A DNA stretch of 64,000 nt from Pirellulales bacterium (GTDB lineage Bacteria > Planctomycetota > Planctomycetia > Pirellulales > Pirellulaceae), in NCBI GenBank assembly GCA_046349855.1, contig JAXMBM010000013.1, positions 4,269-68,268 of the forward strand. Direction: 5' to 3'. The notes beneath the pieces were generated by a model, which searched no databases, had not been told where the DNA came from, and worked only from the letters and a program-made list of their open reading frames with translations. Shown in pieces: positions 16,579-27,150 of this stretch. A program made the position numbers and the translations under genes. Position 1 is the stretch's first letter. Each line of letters opens with the position of its first letter.

Positions 16579-16797
16579 GTAGCTTGACTACATCGCTATT
16601 CCACCGACCGAAGGTCGGTGGAGCTGGGACTTGGCGGGGCTATGCGATATCGCATGTTGTGCGCGAGGGAGTCGCGCTGTGCCGCCGTTCAGCGCACGAT
16701 CGACTCTGCCCGCTTGGTCGGAACTTCTTGACCTTCTGCCCCCATTCCCGCTTCTCCACCGACCTTCGGTCGGTGGTCCCTTGAGCCGCCAAGCTAC
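16579..16797. repeat. R1 element copy C (same termini, divergent interior)
   Basis: It runs GTAGCTTGACTACATCGCTATTCCACCGACCGAAGGTCGGTGGAGCTGGGACTTGG ... CCCATTCCCGCTTCTCCACCGACCTTCGGTCGGTGGTCCCTTGAGCCGCCAAGCTAC. The middle ~60 nt differ from copies A and B. Confidence 0.75.
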
Positions 16798-17204
16798 GCC
16801 CATCGCCGAAGCCGCCAAAGGTTAGCTGCAGCGACTCGATCAGGCGACGCTGAGCTGACAGGCGGACTCGCTGCCTTTCAGGTTATAGCTTGCGCTCACC
16901 CGCTCATCTGCGGCCTCAATTCAGCAGCGACGGCAGGTATGTGCATCACCTGCAAGTGGCACTGGAATTCGTGTCTGCGGTGTGATTGCGGGATGATCAC
17001 CGCCGCTGTTGGCGCTGAGTTACCTGAACAATCTGGCGTACGTGTTTGGCATGCCGGCGGTGCTTTGGCCGAGTGCCTATCTTGGCTCGCAGGGGGCGTA
17101 TGGCATGTCCGCGGCGCGGCAAGCAACTCGGCGCGTTGCGGAAAGAGAGGGCTGAAGAGAGCCGGGGCCGCGTTTGCCGCAGAAGAGAGCGGGCTGCGCT
17201 CGGC

Positions 17205-17280
17205 GTAGCTTGACTACATCGCTATTCCACCGACCGAAGGTCGGCGGAGCTGGGACTTGGCTGGCGGGGCTATTCGATCC
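17205..17280. repeat. R1 element copy D (left end only)
   Basis: GTAGCTTGACTACATCGCTATTCCACCGACCGAAGGTCGGCGGAGCTGGGACTTGGCTGGCGGGGCTATTCGATC, then similarity is lost. It is preceded by the CGCAGAAGAGAGCGGGCTGCGCTCGGC block. Confidence 0.7.
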
Positions 17281-17450
17281 AGCGGCCCTGGTACAGGTGC
17301 CTCTCCCCGGTAGTGTGGTCGTGGGAAAGGTATCGCATGCGGTGCTTGAGGAACACCCAGCGATAGAAATTGCTCGTGGGTCTACCAGCCGCTGCAGGCC
17401 TGACAAAGAGCCTTGAAGCCTGACAACCAGTCCTGAAAGCTCTTCTGCAG

Positions 17451-18833
17451 CTAGTCCCACCACCAGCGTTTCGGATCAACCTTGGCGGCGCCGGTTCGCT
17501 GATGGACTTCCGCCAGTTCGCCCGACGCATCGGTCTGGAGATGGCCCGGGCTGAGCGCCTGCCGCGGCTGAATGTTGACGCCACCACCAATCGGCGTCAT
17601 CAAGGTGTTCCCCTTCCAGACCACGTTCACCGCCGACTCGACCTGCCGAGGCACCAGCCGAGTCTCCACGGCCAACGCCTGCTCGTTGCCAAACACCGGC
17701 AGCTGCCAGCCGGCCTGCCCGTAGAAGTCCTGCTCCTGGATGTAGGCCGCCGCAATGGAGAGGTCGATGAGGTTACGCAGCTGAGCATACACCGGGGACT
17801 TGCGCGCCAATTCCGGGTAGCGGTCGGTAAACTGCTTCACGAACGCCTGACTCGCACGATTGCCAGCCCCCTGAGCGTTTACTCGGCCACCTTCGGCCGT
17901 GACCCGCTCGTTCTCGCCAATCAACCGCACGCCGTCCCCCACCAGTTCCATCGCCAGCCGATCCTCACTCACCCGCACGCATTCGTAGTTGGGTGTGAAA
18001 TACCAGCGTTCCATCGCATTTCGCGCGACTTCCCGCGGATTGGCCCGCGAGACATAGCTGTCGATCTTCACCGGCGGAACCTCCAGCCCAATGCCGATCA
18101 GCTTCATCCGGTAGTCGGCTTCGACCAGAACCTGCGCGAAATGGGTCGTCGGCGCGATGCCGCGAATCGTGACTTCCTGGAATCCCAGGTTCTCCCGCAA
18201 TCCCACCGCGATCCGCTGCGCGTCGTTCGGCGAGATGGCACCCAACTGTCCGAGGAACTGCTGCATCCGCGCCAGCCCTTCCTTCGTCGGATCAATCGAG
18301 ACGCTGATCACCTTCGCTCCACCACCTCCCGGCGGATAGGCCCGCAAAGCGACAATCAGATCTTCCAGTTCCAGCACCGGCACGCCGGTGTGCAATCCCA
18401 CCACGCGGCCCGCCGGATCCGGCATGAAACCTTCCGCCGGCCCCTCCAGCACCACATCCTTCGTTTCCGGGAAATAAAACACATGGCGCACCCGCGTCAG
18501 TCCCGCCAGGTAGCGCATCTCGTCCGTCACCGGCTGGCCCGCCGCCAGCTTCTCCGCCAGCTGCGCCTCCAGACGGGTCAGCGAGACCTTCCGCGATTCG
18601 CTCTTCCGCAGCAAATCGGCCGGCAACGCCGCCCGAGCCGCGTCCGCCAGCCGACGCGTCAGCGCCCCCGACGGATCACTCACCATCTTCTTTCGCAGCA
18701 CACCCTGCGCGTCGACCTCCACACCGGCCACCTGCTGGCCGACCTGCCCGCAGGCCGGTCGTGGCACCAGCCAGCCGACCAGAGTCAGAACGAGCAGGGA
18801 GGCGGGAACAATCTGCCGAAGGTTCGCTGTCAC
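17451..18833 (-). CDS. Secreted hypothetical protein (size and composition are reminiscent of planctomycete DUF1598, not verified)
   Basis: The 460-aa ORF has a GTG start and a signal-like N-terminus, ASLLVLTLVGWLVPRPACGQ. Amino-acid composition is normal, unlike the antisense ORF 17502-18839. Confidence 0.75.
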   Translation of the reverse strand: MTANLRQIVPASLLVLTLVGWLVPRPACGQVGQQVAGVEVDAQGVLRKKMVSDPSGALTRRLADAARAALPADLLRKSESRKVSLTRLEAQLAEKLAAGQPVTDEMRYLAGLTRVRHVFYFPETKDVVLEGPAEGFMPDPAGRVVGLHTGVPVLELEDLIVALRAYPPGGGGAKVISVSIDPTKEGLARMQQFLGQLGAISPNDAQRIAVGLRENLGFQEVTIRGIAPTTHFAQVLVEADYRMKLIGIGLEVPPVKIDSYVSRANPREVARNAMERWYFTPNYECVRVSEDRLAMELVGDGVRLIGENERVTAEGGRVNAQGAGNRASQAFVKQFTDRYPELARKSPVYAQLRNLIDLSIAAAYIQEQDFYGQAGWQLPVFGNEQALAVETRLVPRQVESAVNVVWKGNTLMTPIGGGVNIQPRQALSPGHLQTDASGELAEVHQRTGAAKVDPKRWWWD

Positions 18834-19049
18834 GGTTGAATCTCGCCAAGCGCAACGGAAATGAGGCTGACGGCTGGGAATCGAGTGTCGCTAAAGTTCG
18901 TCCAGCTATCCTAGTTGCCGCAATGTGACACCACAAAAAACCGACGAAAAAGTAATCGATGGAAAAACCTGGAGACGAGCCGGAGCGGACCGGAGGCGCC
19001 CAGGGGTACCGGTTGCAGCGGACCGGCGGGTGGTATGGCCGGCAAAAAA

Positions 19050-19093
19050 GGTGTCCGGACTCGTTTATGAGCCTGACAAAGAGTCCTGACACC
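19050..19093. repeat. R2 hairpin element (compact copy a)
   Basis: GGTGTCCGGACTCGTTTATGAGCCTGACAAAGAGTCCTGACACC, a ~13-nt stem with one mismatch and an 18-nt loop. Confidence 0.8.
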
Positions 19094-19198
19094 TTTTCCG
19101 CCCCATTTTCCGCCCGCCTTTTCCGCCCGTGGCGGAAAGAGAGGGCTGACGAAAGCGGGGGCTGCGTTTGGCGCAGAAGAGAGCGGGCTGCACTCGGC

Positions 19199-19256
19199 GT
19201 AGCTTGACTACGTCGCTATTCCACCGACCGAAGGTCGGTGGAGCTGGGGCTTGGGC
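19199..19256. repeat. R1 element copy E (left end only)
   Basis: GTAGCTTGACTACGTCGCTATTCCACCGACCGAAGGTCGGTGGAGCTGGGGCTTGGGCGG. It sits between R2 copies a and b. Confidence 0.7.
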
Positions 19257-20481
19257 GGATAAAACGTGGGCGAATAAAACGTGTCCGGACTCGTTTTTGA
19301 GCCTGACAAAGAGTCCTGACACCTTTTCCGCACTTGCGGCAGCACATCACCAGCGGAGTTCGCGTGGCGGGGCACAGGAGTGAGGTGGCGAGCAGCGTGA
19401 GAACACCGAGTAGTGCGAGCAAGAGCAGGCTTTCCGAGCGCCCAGCCGGCAGAGGGCCGAACAGCCGGCCGAAGACGGGAATGACGCAGCCGACCAGGAC
19501 GGGAACGCTGAAGTTTCCCAGGGCCCAGGAACGCCAGCTGTGAGGCACCGGGCCGCGCGTCACGACAACCGGAATGATCAACAGATAGTAGGTGTTGAGC
19601 GCCAACCAGATGCAGGCAGCTCCCAGGCCGCCGTACCACGCTGTCGCGAGTATCTGCAGTGGCACAAACAGCAGCGTCGCCAGCAGGTTGAGCACGACGA
19701 CGGCCCGTGTCCTCCCTGTGGCAAGCAACACCGAGGCGGGCAATACACTCAGGCAATTCAACGCGGTACCGGAGGTCAGCAGGGCGAGCAGTAACGCTCC
19801 GTCGTCAGCCAGCGACGAATCCGCCGTCAACGCAGCCAGAATCTCCCGGGAAAAGACTACGAGCAGCGTGGCCAGAGGCAGGACCAGCGCGGCCATGACG
19901 CGAGTGCCGTGCAAGTACAGGTTTTGCAGGGCGGCCAGATCGCCGCGGCTGATCTCGCCGGAGAAGCGGGGAAACAAAGCACCGGAAAGTGGCCCGCTGA
20001 TACAGGCGAGCCCCATGGCCAGCAGCATGCCCAGGGAGAAAGTCGTGAAGTCCCGCGCCGAACCGGTGGCGCTGAGGGTGAGCCGGTCGGCGTGCGTGAG
20101 CAGTAGTGCCGACAGCGACACGCTGCTTGCGCCCAGCGCGTAGGCTGCGAGCTTCCGCCATCCGAGATCGAATGTCTGCCCCAACTCGGGTGGACCGATG
20201 GCTCGCCGCGCCCGCTGTGCGAAGATCCCCAATCCCAGAACACACACGGCCACCTGCCAGCTGAAATAGCTGACCAGCGAACCCGAGCAAGCCCAGGCGA
20301 CCATGACTCCACCGAAGTGTCGCAGGACGGCATACGCCAGATTGACCAGCCCGACCAGCGACTGACGCTGGAGTCCGAGCAGGGCGTTGACATAGATAGT
20401 CTGAATCCAGGTGGTCCCCAGGCAAATCGCCATCAGACGCAGGGAATGTTCAACCGTGTCGCGCGACACGCCTCCCTGCAA
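19216..20481 (-). pseudogene. Polysaccharide/oligosaccharide flippase-like (Wzx/MOP superfamily) membrane protein, apparently truncated at both ends by repeat elements
   Basis: The sequence is hydrophobic and multi-TM (LLGLQRQSLVGLVNLAYAVLRHFGG..., many helices). The open frame begins inside R2 copy c (TTG start at 20481, with a stop inside the element). The last ~45 codons (CGKGVRTLCQAQKRVRT...STDLRSVE) are read from R2b and R1-E. By my recollection of this family, roughly the first 100 residues seem to be missing. Confidence 0.5.
19280..19323. repeat. R2 hairpin element (compact copy b)
   Basis: CGTGTCCGGACTCGTTTTTGAGCCTGACAAAGAGTCCTGACACC. Confidence 0.8.
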
Positions 20482-20541
20482 GCAGAAACGCGCGATCAGG
20501 GGGGCCAGGAAAAACAGGATCGCTCCCAGCCGCGAACATAA

Positions 20542-20584
20542 GGTGTCAGGACTCGTTTGCGAGCCTGATAAAGAGTCCTGGCAC
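20542..20584. repeat. R2 hairpin element (compact copy c, slightly degenerate right arm)
   Basis: GGTGTCAGGACTCGTTTGCGAGCCTGATAAAGAGTCCTGGCAC. Confidence 0.75.
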
Positions 20585-20653
20585 TCTTTCTAACTCGTTC
20601 CAATCCCAGAGTCTGCCAGTCGCCGCAAGCAAGTTCTTCGCATCGCGAGGGCA

Positions 20654-21694
20654 CTAACCGGACCGTCCGAACCAACGTGTGCGAAAGTCGAAAGGACTTT
20701 GGCGCAGTTCGATGTGAATTCCACGTGGCCGTCGGAAGACTAGTGCAGCCAGGATACTTGCGGCGAAATTGAACAGCACATCCGGAAAATAGGCGACTGC
20801 AGAAAGCCAAGTGCGAGTGGGCCAAGACATTGTCTTCATACCCACCAACGTACGATACTCCTGGGCCGTATACCACCCTCGCGCCTTCATTGCCAGGAGA
20901 GCAACAAGCCCCTTCCAGGGCTCTCTCGCCGTGATGGCCGATTTCGCTTTGGGACAAATATGACCAAATGACCAAATAAGTCCTGGCCACTTGATCATCC
21001 AAATCTGAAAGCCGCGACTCACCCAGAGCGAGTTTCCATAGCGCACCTTAATTAATGGTTCAGCAATAGCAACCGCATCACCTCTTAACGGAGATTGAAA
21101 GATCACTCCGACGTGTATGAACTCCGTGCCGTAGTACTTTTCGCGGTCGCGATCCAGCCAAACGCTGCGCCGAATGACCACTGATCCAATAAACGACAGC
21201 ACGGTTCCACACACCGAAAGCAGGTTCGACTGCTCGTGACTCAGAAAGACCTTGTCCTGCCGGATGTCAATCTTCGAACCAACGAGCAATTCAGTTAAAT
21301 CCGCATTCCACCATTCGCCATTGACGACCACCAGATCTCGATTGTCAGTTAACCGATCAAGAATCGCTCTGACGGCGGAGGGCTTCACCACATCGTCGTC
21401 CGTCATGAGCCAACAGAACTCTCCCTTGGCAAAGGCTCACGGTGCGATCGTAATCGCGGTCGACACCGCCCTTCTTTTCGAGCCGTACATAGTGACAATG
21501 GGTAGCCAGCAAACGCCCTTCGTGACCACGCTCTCTGTGTCATCGGTTGACGCTCCATCGACGACAATCAGCTCCGTGTCACTGGTCATCTGCGCGATGA
21601 TGCTATCAAGCGTATCGCCGATGAATCGTGCGCGGTTGACGTCGCAATGCAGATAGACAATCGCATGCCAAAACCCCTGAGAACAGTTCAGCAT
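20654..21694 (-). pseudogene. Family-2 glycosyltransferase interrupted by a compensated frameshift pair
   Basis: ORFs 21437-21694 and 20654-21406 are in the same frame and are separated by a TGA. The N-terminal part reads IVYLHCDVNRARFIGDTLDSIIAQMTSDTELIVVDGASTDDTESVV. Another frame then gives the GT2-like EGRLLATHCHYVRLEKKGGVDRDYDRTVS. The original frame returns with LAKGEFCWLMTDDDVV. Confidence 0.65.
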
Positions 21695-21815
21695 TCATAT
21701 CCTAAGCGGCTTACGCTCCATCGTTCTCTTGCTGGCAGAGGCGGCATCTGTATACCTCGGGTCAGGCTCGCGACCTGCGGCCAGCGCAGGACATCTCTGT
21801 CGCTTCCTTCAACTC

Positions 21816-22908
21816 TCATCCCGATGTACTGTCGCAGCGCGTGCCGCATCGCAGCAATATCTCCTGGTTTGGCCCAGAAGGTGTTTTGCTCGCGGCAATA
21901 GCCCCGCCATCGAACTGGTAGTCAAAACCAAGAGTTCCCTGAAGCCGTGCCGCATGAATGGACGTATTCCAGACCACCACCATCAGTAAGTGATACAGCA
22001 GCGCGTCCGCAACCGCTAACCACTTAGCCATCGTCTTCTGACAGTAGCCCGGTCGTGGCGGAACCCGCCATGTGGGGGAACGACGTCAATTGAATCACCC
22101 TCTCGCCATATTCCTTCGCAAATCCGGGTATACCGCCGATGATCAGCAAGTGATCGCTACTGGCGTCGGCGATTTCAGGCTGCGGCAAATCATACGCACT
22201 TACGTGGGTAGACTGGCAAAGTGCACGGCTGGTCACGGCTTTTTCCGGCGACACACCAATAGTAACACGTAGGCTGTCGACTTCTGCGACGAGGTAATCG
22301 TTCGTGGCGGGATACTGGCAGCGTTCCGGTATAAGTAAAAATGGCTTAAGTACGGCGGGCAAGCTATAGAGCCGCTTGAATCCAGCACGAAAGTCAGGTC
22401 GTACAGAGATAATCGCCGATGCCGCGAAGTACGATGCTAGAATGCGAAGGTAGTGTGGCGGCACATGCTCGTGAAGTGTCATTACTACTGGCCGACCAAC
22501 GATCCATCGAAACCAGTGCGCGACCCTTGTAAGCAAGTGGCCGTTATAGCCGTGCGCTGGAAACTGAATATGAAGAATGTCGGGATCAAACTGCTCCAAC
22601 TCATTCCGAATAGTGGCAAATTCGGACCAGCGCCAGTCACGTAAACTGGCTCGGCACTGATTCGCCGCTGTGGCTTGCGTGGGTGGAAGCGGGCCATCGT
22701 GTCGCGATGCGAAATGTACGACATCAATCCCAGAGGCGCTCAAAAGCTTCAACCAAGTGTACCGTATAGTCCACCAAACCCCGCATGCGACTGGCGGTGC
22801 AGGGCGCAAAAACGCCTTCACCGTGATTCGATCCGCGTCACGCACATACGTAATACAAACCACGCGAAGGTATACCGTCGGCCCGCGTGCGTGATGACCT
22901 GATCGCAC
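21816..22908 (-). pseudogene. GT4-like glycosyltransferase (N-terminal domain readable, C-terminal domain split over frames). Start uncertain.
   Basis: The 294-aa ORF shows RVVCITYV..., FDPDILHIQFPAHGYNG, RPVVMTLHEH and HLLIIGG, then stops. The downstream fragment 21816-22031 (WLAVADALLYHL...SIHAARLQG) is in another frame. The family call is from weak motif memory. Confidence 0.4.
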
Positions 22909-25255
22909 GCATCAAAGTTGGCGTCACCGACCAATTCCAAGCCCACTTGTCGTCCCGAACGCAGGCTGATATGTCGAGGATTTCGCTCTTTGAAAAGATG
23001 GTCAGACATCCCGAGCACAATCCCAGTCGTGTCAATCTTGTCGGGCCAATAGTCTGTGGAACAGATAAAGTAGCCGCCGAGTCCGCAGACCCGGTGTACC
23101 TCAACCGGTAAACGGGCCACATCGCCGGCCGTGCTCGATCGCGGAGATTGAGGTGACGGCCGCAAAGCGGCTCGTCGTCGTAGGGGGTGCTGAAGAAGTC
23201 GCCTTGGCAGTATTGGATTGAGTCCGAATAGAGGCCACCGCGGATTCTTGGGTTCAGGTCGATCCCGTGCAGATTGCGAAATCACCAGTCTGAAGTATGG
23301 GCGGGATCTCAGACTTCATGAGCCCCCCGAAGTCGTAGCAGGGTCATCGGTACGGATATGGCAGCGAAGGAACTGTGTGGTCTCCCCGGCCAGCGCTCGC
23401 ACCAGTCACCTGGGATGAGCTCGCCAATCCGATGCGTCGCATGGCGCGCACACCATATCGGCGGTAAAGCAGAGAGACGCTCTCTGCGCATCGCTCGAGC
23501 GTCGATTTCCGAATACTGTTGTAGCGCACAGAGCGTCATGGAATTTCACTCTTAAGCGTGGACGAGTTCGAATTGCGTGCAAAGTGGTGGTGTGAAACGG
23601 AATTACCGCGACCGAAGCGAACCGTGACGCGACAGCGATAGATCACGGACTCCGTTGAATTCAGGCGGACGAGGAAACCTGACGGCATCGGAAACCGGAG
23701 TAGGGCTTGGCGTCGAAGTGATTCGTTGCAGGCTATACAGATACCGAGAATCTGGGTAACGGCCGTACCGAGAAGCATCCGCAGCACCGGCGCTTGAGTA
23801 CCACGGTAGAGCGTACGAAAGCAATATGGTGGGTGCGGGGCGCCGCCGGAAGCAAATCTCATTGTAATTAAGGAGCAGAGAGAGCGGTATGAATCGATGC
23901 GTCAGCAGGAGTCCGGTGGCGAAGTTTGCGGAATTCGCAGGCGTGAAATTCAAGGCCGCGCCGATCACCTTGTGTGCGATGCAAGGCAAATGGCAACGGT
24001 AAAAGATCACTGTTTGAACGATGAGTCAGAATCGCCGGCAATATTGGCCCGCACAGGCGATTTACGAGCATGTACAGCCCAACCATTAAGGTGTTGAGTG
24101 CACAGCCCAGAGTGATTAGCAGAAAGCAGTCGGTGACATCAATGTGGGCGAGAGTTGGGCTGAGCAATGGAAGCAAATCGGGAGCATTAAAGGAAGAGCA
24201 ATACGGTAACTGCGGCTCAAGGACGCAAGTGCTTGATTGGTAAGTGAATATGTCTCCGGTAAAGGTCGGATGACTCGGCGAAAGTCGAGTCAAGCGAGGA
24301 AGAAGTACGTTGTACAGTGGCGTTACTGCAACACGTAGACAGTTGAGGCCGCGTAAGAAGCAAGGAATAGAGCGCCCAAACTCCGCGAGGAGTAGCCGAT
24401 GGCATCAGAAAGACGCGATCCATGTTCGTCGCGAATCAGGCGAACAGGGTCGTGATGGCCGTACCGGTGCAAACTGGCGAAGTTCCAGAGATGCCGGAAG
24501 TTGCAGAGCACGGGAATGCGGTCGGGATTGGTTAAACGATTATAGTGAGATAGAGTAGAGCCATGCTGCCAGCAGTGCCGCAAGCAGTTGAGCAAGAGAA
24601 TCGCTCGGATTCCATAACTCGCGAAGGCGCCAGAAGGTGATCGTGGTTGTCAGCGCGCAGTACTGGCCTCGGTGGCGCAATTGCCGTTCATGGTATTCGT
24701 GGCGTGGAGTCCAGCGAGCTGTTTGGTGGTATGCGTTTATCCAGCAGATGCCACGGTGAGCAGCTGGTGTAAGTAGCGAGTGATAAAGATGTTCGACAGG
24801 CATCTGGTCGGTTGAGAACCATGATTGTGCGCAGCCATGGACTGAGAGTAGCCAATGCGGCGGCGAGTATGCCCCCAATGATGATGTACGCTCTTTGGTA
24901 CGAACGAGATTTTACGGCGAGCATGAGTCGTTCGCTTGGGGCCCGACTAGAGAGGACGCGAGTTCACGCATGATCGCGGTCGTGAATCCCATGAGTCAGG
25001 AGCGCGCGGCTGCGCTTTGAAGGGTAGCGGATGGCGTGTAGATGCTCACTGATTCATCACCAAGCCGGTTGCCGATGAGCACGGGGCTGAACTGACAACT
25101 AACAAGCAGAAATGCTCGTGCCAAGACCGAGCAATGAGTCACGTAAGAAGTGGCGCTGAAGTATTGGTGACGTATTGCGGGTAATCCGGACTATCCATAG
25201 CCGATACTCGGGCAGCGACAGGTGTGATTAGGCGTCCTCCGCCGGTGTGTAACAG

Positions 25256-26480
25256 TTAGACGATTTCGATTTCCGGCATTGGGAAAATCAGGTGACCGCC
25301 GTTCGCAAGGAATTCTGCTTCGCGCTCAATGATCCCAGACTTGAAGTGCCAAGGAAGGACTAGGAAGAAGTCGGGGCGTTCAGCGCTATTTGCCTCTGAC
25401 TCAGACACGATTGGAATGTGGGTTTCGGTATACACGCAAAGCCGTACTTGTCGGGATTTACGTCAGCGATAAGGATGTCAGCAGCAGTGAAACCGCAGAA
25501 CTGCAAAAGCACATTGCCCGCTGTTGAAACAGCCAACCGAATACTCGCTTGCGCCGTCACTATTCGGGCGAATCAGCGTCACGAAGGCTCTTACGGTGTT
25601 CGAATACGCGGTCGCAAAAGTCACGGAACGGACGTGGTGGTGAAACAGGTCGAGACGATCTTCAGTTTCCAGGAGCCAGTCGATGACAGCGTCGTTGCGG
25701 CGATGAACAGGATTGCTTTTTTGTTGCTGTAACGGCGAAACTTCCGCCGTTTATGGCATTCATTGCGACATCGATAATCTTCATGTTGCTGCGTCGAGAA
25801 TGCGGTCGACGACGGAGGGCATATAGTACTCGAGGTGTTCGTGGCAGACGATATCGTACAGAGTTCAGGCGAAGCGCTGGAGGGCATATAGCTCTGTTCA
25901 AATGCCAGATGCCGTTGTCGGCGAGGCAATCATGTACCTGGCGAACGAAGTCGATCGGTTGTTCGAGATCGTAGAACATGGCGATCGAAGTAATCAACAG
26001 CGCGTTGGTCGCCGACAGCTGATAAAGACATCGCGGCCTGGAAAGTCAGGCACCAATCGGATGTTTGATGGGTAGAGGTGTTTTGAACTTGGCTGACACG
26101 GTCGGAGTCAATTCCAAGTCGCTCGATGCTTGGAGTGGTATAGGCACAGAGAGTGTCGAGTCGTTGCTTCCGATGTCGAAAACTGGAGTCACCGGGGGCT
26201 AGGCCGGCGAACTGGGCTAGTTTTCGGGCTTTCCTTGAAGGTGTGGTTCACCATCGAGCGGTTTAAACCAGAGCGGTAGCCGTAGTTGTCGCCGACATCG
26301 ATGGCAGATCAAAGTGGTGGCCGAGTTGGAGCAGGAGGCCGCTGTCGGAACCTGAAACCAATTCCAGCGGCCGATCGGCACGGGATCTTCGGCCGTCTTG
26401 AGGGAAGATGCCGTGTATGCGCAACGCTTGAGTTCCAGTACCGATACGAGGTTAGTGCTGGGCGAGATGCGGCAGTGATT
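25256..26480 (-). pseudogene. Sugar C-methyltransferase-like SAM-dependent methyltransferase (Methyltransf_13/14-type) with multiple frameshifts and stops
   Basis: Pieces in three minus-strand frames, from N- to C-terminus:
- HCRISPSTNLVSVLEL...EDPVPIG
- PLELVSGSDSGLLLQLGHHFDLPSM
- GDNYGYRSGLNRSMVNH
- ITSIAMFYDLEQPIDFVRQVHDCLADNGIWH
- LYDIVCHEHLEYYMPSVVDRILDAA
- MKIIDVAMNAINGGSFAVTATKK
- RPDFFLVLPWHFKSGIIEREAEFLANGGHLIFPMPEIEIV*, with the stop at 25256-25258. Confidence 0.65.
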
Positions 26481-27150
26481 GATCGAGGGATGGTAGTTGG
26501 TGGATGGTGCGGTATTGTCGTGGACGGGTCGGCGTTGGCGTGGCGCTCGCTGAGGTTGTGTGGGCGGCTTGTGGGAAGGGTAGACGTGGGATGGACTCGG
26601 AGAATCATAGTCGGACTCGCGTACGAAATGGGCAAGCTCGCCCTCACTAGAATGACTAACATCGTGTCGTCGCGATTCGGCATAGCGCTTGGACTTGCTG
26701 CATGAGCAAACGTGAAATTAGCGATTGTGCGGCCAGTGACGCGCACAGGCGGAAGATGCCGAATAGGCAGGGTGTGAATGCGTCGAGCCACACGTGTAAA
26801 GCGATGCGCGTCGGACAATGGCATGACCAACGGATACGGCATTCGCTGTGGAACAAGGTCGTGGGAGGAATGAGGAGAGTGGGTGGATACGCCCGATTGC
26901 GGAAATGGGAACGTGAAGGTCACCTGACGAATGAAGTAAGACGTGGCTAGTGTGTGAAAATGGGGGGCGGGCGAAAGGAGGTAAATTGCGCTTGCAGGGA
27001 TCTGGTGCGAGGCAATACCTTGGATTCACGACTGAATCAGCGTAAGGCGTTCGCCGATGGAAATTGCGACGATAGAGTCGCAACAAACCGACACTCAAAT
27101 GGTGTCACGAGTGCTGAAGTGCGAGGATTCGCGAACGGCAAGAGCATCCC

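Noticed and set aside
16800-17200. A possible gene in the gap between R1 copies C and D (89-aa ORF 16939-17208).
   Set aside because: It has no recognisable motif, SD or signal, and it is Cys/Trp-rich. It may be a remnant of something, but I cannot support a call.
22818-23560. ORF fragments (155 aa, 76 aa and others) that I briefly read as formyltransferase-like or WbqC-like sugar-modification remnants.
   Set aside because: The motif resemblance was too weak and was inconsistent between frames. I left them unassigned, as part of the decayed island.
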